Assembly: GCA_030688545.1 (NCBI GenBank)
Contig: JAUYHT010000006.1
Coordinates: 330,001 to 362,000, forward strand
Length of the DNA stretch: 32,000 nucleotides
DNA from: Candidatus Iainarchaeum sp.
GTDB taxonomy: Archaea > Iainarchaeota > Iainarchaeia > Iainarchaeales > VGJJ01
Direction of reading: 5' to 3'
Shown here: positions 17,184 to 25,822 of the stretch, in pieces
Numbering within the stretch: position 1 is the stretch's first letter
Layout: every line of letters starts with the position of its first letter
Translations under genes and position numbers: made by a program
The notes under the pieces: model-generated
What the model was told of the DNA's origin: nothing
The model's input: only the letters and a program-made list of their open reading frames with translations
Databases searched by the model: none

Positions 17184-18284
17184 ATGGCATCCGTGTTCCT
17201 CCAGACGATTCTCCAATTGGACACTACTATTTTCGGGAATACGGTGGAGCAGTACCTCCTCTACGCGGGGACGGTAGTCCTCTTTATCCTGGGGGGGAGG
17301 ATCCTCCAGTACATCCTTGACATCTATGGCAAGCGTTTGGCCGCCAAAACCAAATCGGATTGGGATGATATCCTGATTGACGTCATTTCCACCCCCGCCC
17401 GGTTCCTGTTGACCACGGCAGGATTGGTCATCGCAGCCGAATTGTTCCTTACATTTTCCTCTCCTGAGATTGAAGCCTTCTACTACAATGTGGTCGGCCT
17501 TCTATTCCTGGGGGTCATCACCTGGTCGCTCATCAAATTAGTTGACATTTTTGCTGAAAGGGTGCTGATGAAGCTGGCCGCCCAGACCAAATCCAATCTG
17601 GATGACCAACTCGTGCCCCTATTCAAACGGGCCGCCAAATACCTCATTGTGATTCTCGCCCTGCTCCTCGCCATGAGCAACTTTGGTTATGACATCACCG
17701 CCCTCCTCGCGGGATTGGGAATTGGAGGGTTGGCGGTGGCCTTCGCGGCGCAGGAGACCATCAAGGACATCTTCGGGGGCATCGTGATCTTCTCCAACAA
17801 GACATTCCTCGTGGGGGATAGGATTACCGTTGATAATATCACGGGAGTCGTGGAGCAAATCAACATGCGCACCACCCGCCTGCGCAATTGGGAGGGACGA
17901 TTAGTCACTTTCCCCAATTCTAAGATCGCCGCTTCAACCATTGAGAATTGGGCCAAGGCCCAAGCGCGGCGGACATTCATGACCATCCAAGTGACATATG
18001 ATACGCCCTCCAAAAAGCTGGAGAAAGCCAAAGAAATATTGAAGGAGGCCGTTGATTCCACGGAAGGGACGTTGCGCGAGGAAGGAAAGGGCAAAGCATT
18101 AGTCTGGTTCGCCAATTTCAGCGCCCACTCATTGGATATTAATTTCATCTATTGGGTGCAGGACGAGAAACGCCTCCTCGACATCTGGGATGAAGTGAAC
18201 ATGAAGATCAAGAACGGCTTCGAGAAAACCAAGATCGAATTCGCCTATCCCACGCAAACGCTGTTCCTCCAAAAGAATAAATAA
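17184..18284 (+). CDS. mscS: Small-conductance mechanosensitive channel (MscS family)
   Basis: 366 aa from the ATG at 17184. There are several N-terminal TM helices, the pore-helix signature LAGLGIGGLAVAFAAQETIKDIFGG, and a beta-domain (VGDRITVDNITGVVEQINMRTTRLRNWEGRLVTFPNSK). The upstream part of the 510-aa ORF is antisense to rpoH and is rejected. Confidence 0.9.
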   Translation: MASVFLQTILQLDTTIFGNTVEQYLLYAGTVVLFILGGRILQYILDIYGKRLAAKTKSDWDDILIDVISTPARFLLTTAGLVIAAELFLTFSSPEIEAFYYNVVGLLFLGVITWSLIKLVDIFAERVLMKLAAQTKSNLDDQLVPLFKRAAKYLIVILALLLAMSNFGYDITALLAGLGIGGLAVAFAAQETIKDIFGGIVIFSNKTFLVGDRITVDNITGVVEQINMRTTRLRNWEGRLVTFPNSKIAASTIENWAKAQARRTFMTIQVTYDTPSKKLEKAKEILKEAVDSTEGTLREEGKGKALVWFANFSAHSLDINFIYWVQDEKRLLDIWDEVNMKIKNGFEKTKIEFAYPTQTLFLQKNK

Positions 18285-18375
18285 GGCTGGGAATGTGGGT
18301 TGGGATAGCTATGGCAAACAAGGGTAAAATCTGTTCCTGCGTCAATTACGGGAAAAGAAATAAAAGAAATTATAC

Positions 18376-18783
18376 ATGGCAACCACTCTGAAGACAAAAA
18401 CGATGAACAAAGAAAATTGGGCGCGTCGGCAAAAAATAAGAGTGAAATTAATGAATGAATGGATTCGTTCCAAGAAAAAAACCTTTACCGAATTGTTAGA
18501 ACACCATTTTTTGGATCGCCGTTCGGCGGCCGCGAATTACGCATTGCGACGAATGGGCATCTTCGGGGCTAATCGACGCCAAATCATGGGTTGGATTAAA
18601 CAGATGGCCCATGCCACAATCATGATGAATAAGGTCTCCCACAATAGCAGCGAATATAATATATGGAAGGATAATCGCCGCCTGTATGAAAGAAGAATCA
18701 ATGAGTTGTTTGGAAGCGAAAGCGATAATGAAACTTTTAAGGAATATTTCAAATATTTCCTCGAACACACAAATATTAAATGA
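18376..18783 (+). CDS. Hypothetical basic protein (135 aa) in an AT-rich segment
   Basis: It is the only long ORF with a protein-like composition across this segment. I recognise no family motif. An alternative leaderless start at 18403 lies 27 nt after AATTATAC. Confidence 0.5.
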   Translation: MATTLKTKTMNKENWARRQKIRVKLMNEWIRSKKKTFTELLEHHFLDRRSAAANYALRRMGIFGANRRQIMGWIKQMAHATIMMNKVSHNSSEYNIWKDNRRLYERRINELFGSESDNETFKEYFKYFLEHTNIK

Positions 18784-19003
18784 ATCGCTTCTTTTTGGAG
18801 GAACCCCGTTTCGCTTTCCCCCGTTTTCCCTCTCTGGAAATATCTTTTTCCGCGTGCAGCTCTTTCATGGGATTGGCGAATAGCCCATAGAAAATAATGG
18901 CGAGCAAGAGGATGATGCTCGCCCACTCCCTTCCCGTTTCAGTGAAATAAATCACGAGCCCCACCACGGCCACCGCCACCACCGCCCAAAACCATCCACT
19001 CAT
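18776..19003 (-). CDS. Small membrane protein (75 aa) with two TM helices and a Lys/Arg-rich tail
   Basis: Contains WFWAVVAVAVVGLVIYF and IILLLAIIFYGLF, then KRGKAKRGSSKKKRFI. A TATA box lies 23 nt upstream of the ATG. Confidence 0.6.
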   Translation of the reverse strand: MSGWFWAVVAVAVVGLVIYFTETGREWASIILLLAIIFYGLFANPMKELHAEKDISREGKRGKAKRGSSKKKRFI

Positions 19004-19026
19004 TCAATTCTGATGGCGGGGGCCGA

Positions 19027-19035
19027 AAATATAAG
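19027..19035 (-). promoter_or_regulatory. TATA box (minus strand TTATATTTT) 23 nt upstream of the ATG at 19003
   Basis: Read directly. It is part of the divergent promoter region 19004..19132. Confidence 0.4.
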
Positions 19036-19097
19036 GGTGCGGGCCAATGGAAGGGAAGGGCGCAGCAAACAGAAGACGGGGGGTGGACCCCAATCTA

Positions 19098-19104
19098 TTA
19101 TAAA
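19098..19104 (+). promoter_or_regulatory. TATA box (TTATAAA) 28 nt upstream of the GT2 ATG at 19133
   Basis: Read directly. An AGGAG lies between the box and the ATG. Confidence 0.4.
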
Positions 19105-19132
19105 GACCAAACCGTATTTAGGAGCGTTTTCC

Positions 19133-20110
19133 ATGCCCAATACCCACGATATTGCCATTCTTATCCCGGCCCGGAACGAGGCCAGGAACCTCCCCGCCAC
19201 CATCGAAGCGGTGTCCCAGTCCGACCCCGTCAAAGGCTATGGGATGGACATTACTGTCTGCGCCAATGCGTGTACGGATGCCACCCCCAAGGTGTTGGAG
19301 CGCCTGAAAACCCGCCACCAGAATCTGACCACCATCCACGAATGGGTGCCTGGAAAGCCGCACGCGCTGAACGCCCTACTCGCCCACACCGAAGATACCA
19401 AATCCATGGGAAGCGAGGACGTAGTTGTATTCCTGGATGCGGATGCCCAGGTTCAAAAGGAGACCATTTCCCAATTAGCTAATTCCCTCCAACGCAATCG
19501 CCGATTGAAGGGAGTGAGCGCCAATGATATCCCCCAAGCCCCTTTGTCCGAAAGTGTGATGGCCCACCTCCTCTTCGGGATGAGTGAGGTTTCCATTTCT
19601 TCCATCGCCATGCAGGACCGAAAATCATCCTGCACCGCAGTCCGCGCAAGCGCCGTGCGTGGGGTTCGATTTCCAGAGAACATCATTGCAGATGAAGTGT
19701 GGCTGGGCATGTATTTGGGGTTTGATTCCGTGGATACGCACCCTCAAGCCATAGTGAAGGTAAAAGCCCCCGCTCACTTTCTTGAATTCGCCACGCGGCG
19801 CGTGAAACATGTGATGGGATTATATCAGTTGGAGGAACACTTCAGTTCGGAAGAGCTGCGCGCCAACATCCCTCTTGGAATACACGAGCACCTAAAAGCC
19901 TTGGTGATCGAGCCTGAGATCAGGGAGCAGTTCTCCCAATTGGATGCGGTGTATAAGGTAGCGAACATCCTTTCCTTCCCCGTGCATGCCGCCATCAAGA
20001 CAATAGCATGGGTAGGATACCGTATCATGCCCAAGACGCGATCCTCAACACGCACGCTCATGAAGAATGAGGACGTTTCTCCCGCTTCTACCCTTTCCCC
20101 CTCCGCGTGA
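19133..20110 (+). CDS. Family-2 glycosyltransferase, first gene of the lycopene cyclase operon and a candidate carotenoid glycosyltransferase
   Basis: 325 aa from the internal ATG. The GT-A signature IAILIPARNEARNL and the DxD motif VVFLDADA are present. The stop overlaps the next ORF. The substrate is inferred only from context. Confidence 0.82.
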   Translation: MPNTHDIAILIPARNEARNLPATIEAVSQSDPVKGYGMDITVCANACTDATPKVLERLKTRHQNLTTIHEWVPGKPHALNALLAHTEDTKSMGSEDVVVFLDADAQVQKETISQLANSLQRNRRLKGVSANDIPQAPLSESVMAHLLFGMSEVSISSIAMQDRKSSCTAVRASAVRGVRFPENIIADEVWLGMYLGFDSVDTHPQAIVKVKAPAHFLEFATRRVKHVMGLYQLEEHFSSEELRANIPLGIHEHLKALVIEPEIREQFSQLDAVYKVANILSFPVHAAIKTIAWVGYRIMPKTRSSTRTLMKNEDVSPASTLSPSA

Positions 20111-20148
20111 GAGGAAACCCTTTTCTGGTTCGGTCTTGTTTCTTTTCC

Positions 20149-20463
20149 ATGAGCGGGATTCTCTATCTCCTATACCTGGTCCTCGTCCTTGGGGGGACGC
20201 TGGCCATGATTAAGATAATGAGCATTCGTTTCTCCCCCCGGAAAGCGTGGAGTGCCGTGAATGCTATTGGAATAGTGGCGCTTCTCTTTATCGCGTGGGA
20301 TACCCTGGCGGTGGCGCGGGGGCATTGGACATTCGGTCCTGAACACCTCATGGGTCTTTTTATCGGCAACCAGCCCATCGAAGAAATACTATTCTTTTTC
20401 ATCATCCCCTTCTTCGGATTGGGGGTTTGGGAATGGGTAGGTCAAAAGAATGGAGGGGCCTGA
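20149..20463 (+). CDS. crtYc: Lycopene cyclase domain protein (heterodimeric-type subunit, CrtYc-like)
   Basis: About 104 aa with three hydrophobic helices and the PIEEILFF (PxEE) motif characteristic of the lycopene cyclase domain. The ORF-track GTG start at 20107 is possible. Confidence 0.78.
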   Translation: MSGILYLLYLVLVLGGTLAMIKIMSIRFSPRKAWSAVNAIGIVALLFIAWDTLAVARGHWTFGPEHLMGLFIGNQPIEEILFFFIIPFFGLGVWEWVGQKNGGA

Positions 20464-20873
20464 TGGAATACACCATTTGGGTTTCCCTGGCCCTGTTCGG
20501 GGTGTGGATGTTAGACCTGATCCTGGAAACGAAAGTCATTCGACCCACGCGCCGGTTGGTTTTCACCACTGGAATATTCCTCGTATTCCAGCTCGTATTC
20601 GACAACCTGTTTACTTCCCAGGGGATATGGAGGTTTAATCCAAACGCAGTATTGGGAATATACCTTCCCATCATCCCCCTCGAGAACCTCCTGTTCGGCA
20701 CCGCCTTGTTGTGGAGCACTCTTATTTTATACACGCAATTCCAGAAGATGCAATATGACCCGCATCCCCCCAAAGAAGCGCCCGCTACTTTCCCGGATCA
20801 GACGGTCTTCCCATTTCCAAAAAAAAGCATTGTATCGCGAACGACTGAGAACCATTTCCGAGGAAATACTTGA
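20463..20873 (+). CDS. crtYd: Lycopene cyclase domain protein (second subunit, CrtYd-like) with a non-conserved roughly 40-aa tail
   Basis: The start ATG overlaps the crtYc stop (TGATG). Three helices and the PLENLLFG motif are present. The last roughly 40 codons overlap the next ORF out of frame. Confidence 0.78.
   Translation: MEYTIWVSLALFGVWMLDLILETKVIRPTRRLVFTTGIFLVFQLVFDNLFTSQGIWRFNPNAVLGIYLPIIPLENLLFGTALLWSTLILYTQFQKMQYDPHPPKEAPATFPDQTVFPFPKKSIVSRTTENHFRGNT
20724..20731 (+). promoter_or_regulatory. TATA box (ATTTTATA) inside the crtYd 3' end, 23 nt upstream of the ATG at 20755
   Basis: Same box-to-ATG spacing as the other leaderless candidates. Confidence 0.35.
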
Positions 20874-21309
20874 GATAAAAAAGAGATTGAAACACCTGCA
20901 ACAGCAGACCATCCGATCACCCCGGACAGAAATGGATCTATTGGTCAGGTTACGCGATTATCACCAAAAGCTGTTGCACTATCGCTTGCTCCGGAAGGAA
21001 GGGTTAAATGTGGTCGGGCGGGCATTGAATGATCCCATCGCCTTTTTCCGCGTGCAGCGCATGCGCGCCAAACGGATTATCAAGCGTTGGTGGGGAAAAC
21101 GAGTGGTTTCGCTGGAAGAGTACGCCGATGCCCAGCATGAACTCATGGAACTGGAATTCTTGGAACGGATGGAACAGATTGGGGGACATTGGTCGCTCAC
21201 ACGACTCGAGAAAAAGAGGTTATTGGAACTGCAAGGCATAAAGCCGCATTTGGAAAAGGCCATGGCCAAATATCAAAGGAGAAAAGGGGATGAAAACGTT
21301 CATCAATGA
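20755..21309 (+). CDS. Hypothetical highly basic, predicted coiled-coil protein (184 aa)
   Basis: It is the only coherent ORF covering 20874..21302. It has heptad-like, Arg/Lys/Glu/Leu-rich helices (EEILEIKKRLKHLQQQ, HELMELEFLERMEQ). I recognise no family. It overlaps the crtYd tail by 119 nt and the crtI 3' end by 7 nt. Confidence 0.55.
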   Translation: MTRIPPKKRPLLSRIRRSSHFQKKALYRERLRTISEEILEIKKRLKHLQQQTIRSPRTEMDLLVRLRDYHQKLLHYRLLRKEGLNVVGRALNDPIAFFRVQRMRAKRIIKRWWGKRVVSLEEYADAQHELMELEFLERMEQIGGHWSLTRLEKKRLLELQGIKPHLEKAMAKYQRRKGDENVHQ

Positions 21310-22832
21310 CCTTCGGTCTCCTGCAGGAGGCGTTCACACGTGCGGGCCGAAATAAGAACCATGGGCATCCCACTTCCTGGATGGGTGCTGGCGCCCACGA
21401 AATAGAGGTTTTCCACCTCCTCGCTTTTTTGGGAGGGCCGGAAAACACTGCTCTGGAGGAATAGCGGGGCTAATCCGAATGTCGAGCCGAAGTGCATGCC
21501 TCCTAATTTTTCCCAATCATCTGGGGTGAAGATTTCAATCATCTCGATGTTCTTACGGAGGTCCGTCAACCCGCTGGCCTCCAATCTTTCCAGTACGCGC
21601 TGGGTGAAAACCTCTTTCTCGCTTTTCCAATCCACTCCTCCATCTTTTTTGAGATGGGGAACAGGAACCAAGACATTCAGTAAGTGTTTCCCCCGTGGGG
21701 CCGTTTTGGGATGGGTGCGTGTTGGAACATTCACGTAGAAACTGGGTTGGGTGGGCAGGATTTTTTCATCGAAAATCTCCCTGAAATTCATTAGAAAATC
21801 CGGGGAGAAGAACACATTGTGGTGCAGGAGTTGCGGATAATCTTTCTTCACTCCCAGGTGGAGCATGAAGGCCGAACAGCCATAGGTTAGGGAGTCTATC
21901 TTCTTGTCGGGGTAGTAGGTTGTCCGGTTTTCACGGGGAATCAACCGTGCATACGTCGCGGGCAGGTCAAGATTGCTGATGAGGGTATCTGTGGTTATGG
22001 TTTTCCCATTCTTCAATACGATACCTCTGGCCCCCTTCTCTTCTACCATTATTCGTTCCACGGGGCACGAATAGTGGATTACCACCCCCAACTCGCGGGC
22101 CAACGTTTCAATCCCCCTCATGATGGTTGGCATCCCCCCAGACGGGTACCATACTCCCTCCATCATCTCGATGAAAGGAATCATGGAATAGGTTCCCGGG
22201 GTGCGCAAGGGGCTCTCCCCCACGTACATACTTTGAAAAGAGAAGGCTAATCGTATCTTTTCATCCGGAAAAAAACTTCCGGCGTGTTCCCACATGGAGG
22301 TGAATCCATCGGCCCCCAGCATCTTTCCCCATTCTCCCGATAAAACCAATGCTTTCACCGTTGAATGATTTCGGTCGATGAAGGCAGGGTAGATGGTGTC
22401 ATATTTTTGTTGCTCATACGCGAGAAAATCCAATACCCCCTGCCACGACCCGGAGGATACGCGCTCAAACTCTTTTTTGGCATGGGGAAGACGGCTGGAC
22501 ATATCCAAAGATGTTCCATCCCAATAGTGAATCCGGAGATAGGGATGGAGATTTTCAAACTGGAAATAGTTTTCCATGCGTCGCCCGCAGTACGAGAAGA
22601 GTTCCTCGAATTCTCCCGGCATCAGTACAAACGTGGGCCCCCGGTCGATGGTATATCCCTTTTTGGTGAAAGAAGATAGTCTCCCTCCCGGAAATGGATT
22701 TTTCTCGAACACGTGAACGTTTTTACCGCGTGAGGCGAGGCGGCAGGCGAGCGCCAACCCTCCCAACCCCGCCCCGATGATGGCAAATGAAACGTGAGAA
22801 GGAATTATTTTTTTCACGGGGCGCGGGGGCAT
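21303..22832 (-). CDS. crtI: Phytoene desaturase (CrtI family FAD-dependent oxidoreductase)
   Basis: 509 aa. The N-terminal dinucleotide fold FAIIGAGLGGLALACRLASRGKNVHVFEKNPFPGGR and the C-terminal YFVGASTHPGSGMPMV signature are present. It lies directly downstream of crtB. Confidence 0.9.
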   Translation of the reverse strand: MPPRPVKKIIPSHVSFAIIGAGLGGLALACRLASRGKNVHVFEKNPFPGGRLSSFTKKGYTIDRGPTFVLMPGEFEELFSYCGRRMENYFQFENLHPYLRIHYWDGTSLDMSSRLPHAKKEFERVSSGSWQGVLDFLAYEQQKYDTIYPAFIDRNHSTVKALVLSGEWGKMLGADGFTSMWEHAGSFFPDEKIRLAFSFQSMYVGESPLRTPGTYSMIPFIEMMEGVWYPSGGMPTIMRGIETLARELGVVIHYSCPVERIMVEEKGARGIVLKNGKTITTDTLISNLDLPATYARLIPRENRTTYYPDKKIDSLTYGCSAFMLHLGVKKDYPQLLHHNVFFSPDFLMNFREIFDEKILPTQPSFYVNVPTRTHPKTAPRGKHLLNVLVPVPHLKKDGGVDWKSEKEVFTQRVLERLEASGLTDLRKNIEMIEIFTPDDWEKLGGMHFGSTFGLAPLFLQSSVFRPSQKSEEVENLYFVGASTHPGSGMPMVLISARTCERLLQETEGH

Positions 22833-22859
22833 ACGCGATAGGAATGAATTATCCTTCTT

Positions 22860-23720
22860 TTAAGGGTGTCCGGGGAGGATGGTTTTTTGCTCCTGACATA
22901 TTTGGCGCATGCGCGAATCCGACACCCGAACACGGGAGGAAAACACATCGTATCCTCGCTGTTCAATTTCATCCAAAATCCCTTCGTATAGCGCGCCGCA
23001 AAGGAAAGTTCCCATGCGTGCGTGACGAGGAATGGAATACTTGGCCTCGCGCGCGGGCACATAAAATGAGCGGGCCCGGGCCACCTGGAAACGCATGAGT
23101 TCCTGGAATGCTGGAGTGATTTTCCCGGCGGCCAACTCCTCCTCCGTGTATCCGAACGATTTAATATCTTCGTGGGGTAAATACACGCGCCCTATTTCAA
23201 AATCCTCTTGGATGTCCCGGAGGATATTAGTGAGCTGCATCCCAATGCCTAAAGCGACCGCGGCGGACATACTCGCTAGCGGCGCGCCCACCAATCGAGC
23301 CATCATCCGTCCGGGGATGCCTCCCGCGGCGGCGCAATAGTGGTGTAATGATTCAAATGTCGCATAGCGATGACACGTCAAATCCCTCCGCAATCCCTCG
23401 ATGAGGGCGAATCCGTCGGTCTGGGGAATCCAATATTCCCGGCAGGTATTCACGAATGCGGATAGGATGGGGTGAGACGCGGAATTATTTTCCCATCCGT
23501 GGTGCAAATCCTTTTCCCATTCCTGCAATTTATTTTTTTTGCTCGATGGATCCATTTTTCCATCGACAATATCATCGGTGGCCCGGCAGAAAAGGTGTAC
23601 AGCGGTAGCGGCTCGTCGGATGTCTAAAGGGAAACTCTCGGCAGCGATTGCGAAGCTCGATAGGGATTCAGTGAGAGGAACGGATTGGGGGGAAGTAATA
23701 GAATACATCTGCCGCCGCAT
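22860..23720 (-). CDS. crtB: Phytoene synthase (squalene/phytoene synthase family)
   Basis: 286 aa. Two Asp-rich motifs are present (FCRATDDIVDG and NILRDIQEDFEIGRVYLP). Confidence 0.92.
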   Translation of the reverse strand: MRRQMYSITSPQSVPLTESLSSFAIAAESFPLDIRRAATAVHLFCRATDDIVDGKMDPSSKKNKLQEWEKDLHHGWENNSASHPILSAFVNTCREYWIPQTDGFALIEGLRRDLTCHRYATFESLHHYCAAAGGIPGRMMARLVGAPLASMSAAVALGIGMQLTNILRDIQEDFEIGRVYLPHEDIKSFGYTEEELAAGKITPAFQELMRFQVARARSFYVPAREAKYSIPRHARMGTFLCGALYEGILDEIEQRGYDVFSSRVRVSDSRMRQICQEQKTILPGHP

Positions 23721-23742
23721 GGTCAGAAAACAGATTCAACCC

Positions 23743-23748
23743 TTATAA
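23743..23748 (-). promoter_or_regulatory. TATA core within the palindrome CCCTTATAAGGG, 22 nt upstream of the crtB ATG
   Basis: Read directly at 23740..23751. Confidence 0.45.
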
Positions 23749-23819
23749 GGGAATGACGTTATCCCCACTTGAATGAAGGATTATCCAACAAAAAGGTTGG
23801 CGTCTATTCGCATGCGCGC

Positions 23820-24998
23820 TCACCACCCATAATGCGCCGCTCGGGAATATCCGAAGGCGAGGAATGCGTCCACGATCCCTTTTTGGTAGAGGTCGTAGTT
23901 GCGGGTGAGGACGTGATATCCCACTTTGGCTTTGTCCAGGGTGGAGAGGTCTGAGAGCTCAGCGGGCATGAGTCGCCCGATGCGATTCAGTTCGGCGTCA
24001 GTGAAATTGTACAAGGCTTTTTTCCCTTGGATAATTCTATCATAAGAGGGAAATTCTGCTTTCCATTTCTTCTCATAGAGGGATAAACCTGCTTTAGTCA
24101 CATCCCCTTTGGTTAAGGCGTCCTTTGCCACCTCCGCGGCCATCTGACCCGAGACCATTCCCAGTTGGGTGCCTCCTTCGAATAAAGGAGAGGTAAACCC
24201 AGCCGCGTCCCCGATGAGGAGTATCCCATCAGCATACGTGTTCTTCACCGGCCCCGAAGAGGGGATGGGCCCTCCGAATGTCTTGACCTTGGCTTTTCCC
24301 TCCCATCCCATTTCTTTCACGAATTGGTCCAAATAGATTTTGGCCTTGGGAATATCGTGCGTCACCAACCCCACGTTGGCCCGCCCATCGTTCTTGGGGA
24401 TCATCCACAGGTAGCCCTCTGGCGCTAGCCGGGGCCACAAGTAAAAATCCAGGTAGCCTTCCTGGGGGATGTCCAGGAGTTCATACTGGATGCCCGTCGT
24501 CACCCCGAATCGGGGATTGAGTTGGAGCATCCTGTTTCCCACTCCCGCCGCACCTGAACCATCAATGATCATTTTTGACCTGATTTTTCCCTGGGAAGTA
24601 TCCACGTCCCATTCCCCAGTTGTTCGTGTCAATCCCGTCACGCGGGTGGATAACGACAAATGGCTCCCCGCGTCCTGGGCCCGCGCGGCCAACCATTTCT
24701 CGAAGGCCTGTTTCTCGAGCACGTATCCTTTTTCAGTCAATTTGACTTTGTGGGAGTCTGGGAATATCACTTGCACCCCATTCACGGGGAGGGCGATAAC
24801 TTCTTTGGGAAATTTGACCCCGCACCTTATTTCGGTCATCTCGCTCAGACATTCCCCGCAATGCACCGGCTCCCCGATCGCCGCATGCTCTTCCACGAGG
24901 ATGGTTTTCAATCCCCTCCGGGCCGCATGATAGGCAGCATTACCCCCAGCTGGGCCGGCGCCGATGACCAGGACATCGTATACGGATGATGGGTCCAT
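23820..24998 (-). CDS. Geranylgeranyl reductase family flavoprotein
   Basis: 392 aa. Contains YDVLVIGAGPAGGNAAYHAARRGLKTILVEE and a CGE motif (PVHCGECLS), with the overall archaeal GGR layout. The exact substrate (lipid or other prenyl group) cannot be determined. Confidence 0.88.
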   Translation of the reverse strand: MDPSSVYDVLVIGAGPAGGNAAYHAARRGLKTILVEEHAAIGEPVHCGECLSEMTEIRCGVKFPKEVIALPVNGVQVIFPDSHKVKLTEKGYVLEKQAFEKWLAARAQDAGSHLSLSTRVTGLTRTTGEWDVDTSQGKIRSKMIIDGSGAAGVGNRMLQLNPRFGVTTGIQYELLDIPQEGYLDFYLWPRLAPEGYLWMIPKNDGRANVGLVTHDIPKAKIYLDQFVKEMGWEGKAKVKTFGGPIPSSGPVKNTYADGILLIGDAAGFTSPLFEGGTQLGMVSGQMAAEVAKDALTKGDVTKAGLSLYEKKWKAEFPSYDRIIQGKKALYNFTDAELNRIGRLMPAELSDLSTLDKAKVGYHVLTRNYDLYQKGIVDAFLAFGYSRAAHYGW

Positions 24999-25021
24999 GG
25001 AATAGAAAGGAGCGGGAATGA

Positions 25022-25028
25022 TTTAAAA
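25022..25028 (-). promoter_or_regulatory. TATA box (minus strand TTTTAAA) 23 nt upstream of the GGR ATG
   Basis: Read directly. Confidence 0.42.
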
Positions 25029-25092
25029 GCGTGCCAAGTCCCCGATAGGGGGGAACGCTTTTCTTTTCCCATAGGAAGAAGACATTCCTTTT

Positions 25093-25704
25093 TTATCCCT
25101 GGGCAGGTGACCGCATCTCGAACATCCGGGCATTAGCCGCCTTCTCTTCCATGAATCCCCAGTTCAGATTTTTCATGAATATCTCGATGTATTCTTTTCG
25201 GTTGGTCCCATAGTCCAGGAAATAGGCATGCTCGTACACATCCAATATCAGGACCGCGGAACAATCCCAGATACCTCCTTGGTTGTGGGCGTCGCAGATG
25301 TAGTTATGCAGTTTCATGTCCTGCCAATCGAATGCCAGCACCACCCATCCCCGGGCGGCCATCCCCAGGGCTTTGAATTCGGCCTCCCATTTTTCATACG
25401 ACCCAAAATCCTCTTCGATCATTTTCAACAGGTTTCCACTAGGCCTTCCTCCCTTCCCCCCGAGGGCGGCGAAATAGCCTTCGTGTAATCGCACCCCATT
25501 GACGGCGAATCCTTCTTCTATCTTGACGGCGCGCAATTGGGAATAGGTCTGGTTGGCCTTGGTGAGATCAACCGTTTTGAGGGCCTCCCTCAACTCATCC
25601 GTCTTCTTCACATAGCCCACATATAGTACGTCGTGGTGTTCCGAGATCTGCTTCTCGGTGAGCCCCTGCAAGCTCTTGTAAGTCAATGGTTTGGGTTCAG
25701 TCAT
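25093..25704 (-). CDS. sod: Fe/Mn-family superoxide dismutase
   Basis: 203 aa. The N-terminal EHHDVLYVGYV and the C-terminal DVYEHAYFLDY (D-x-W/Y-E-H-A-Y motif) supply the metal ligands. GGGAGGA lies 11 nt upstream of the ATG. Confidence 0.92.
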   Translation of the reverse strand: MTEPKPLTYKSLQGLTEKQISEHHDVLYVGYVKKTDELREALKTVDLTKANQTYSQLRAVKIEEGFAVNGVRLHEGYFAALGGKGGRPSGNLLKMIEEDFGSYEKWEAEFKALGMAARGWVVLAFDWQDMKLHNYICDAHNQGGIWDCSAVLILDVYEHAYFLDYGTNRKEYIEIFMKNLNWGFMEEKAANARMFEMRSPAQG

Positions 25705-25750
25705 GATAGCATCATCCTCCCGATTCTGTTACCTATACGCCATTACTACT

Positions 25751-25757
25751 AAAAAAA
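25751..25757 (-). terminator. T7 tract about 66 nt after the methyltransferase stop
   Basis: The minus strand reads GGAGCCCTTTTTTTAG. Confidence 0.3.
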
Positions 25758-25822
25758 GGGCTCCTTTGTCATTAATTATTTTTCGTCCGGGTAGTAGTCC
25801 TCATTTTAATTTCGAATGGTTA

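Noticed and set aside
20819-20826. A8 homopolymer as a programmed or erroneous frameshift site fusing CrtYd to the 184-aa ORF
   Set aside because: I do not favour this, because a TATA box with the window-typical 23-nt spacing precedes the ATG at 20755, and because the CrtYd domain is already complete before the overlap. I cannot exclude it without reads, so it is kept as a caveat in the corresponding finding.
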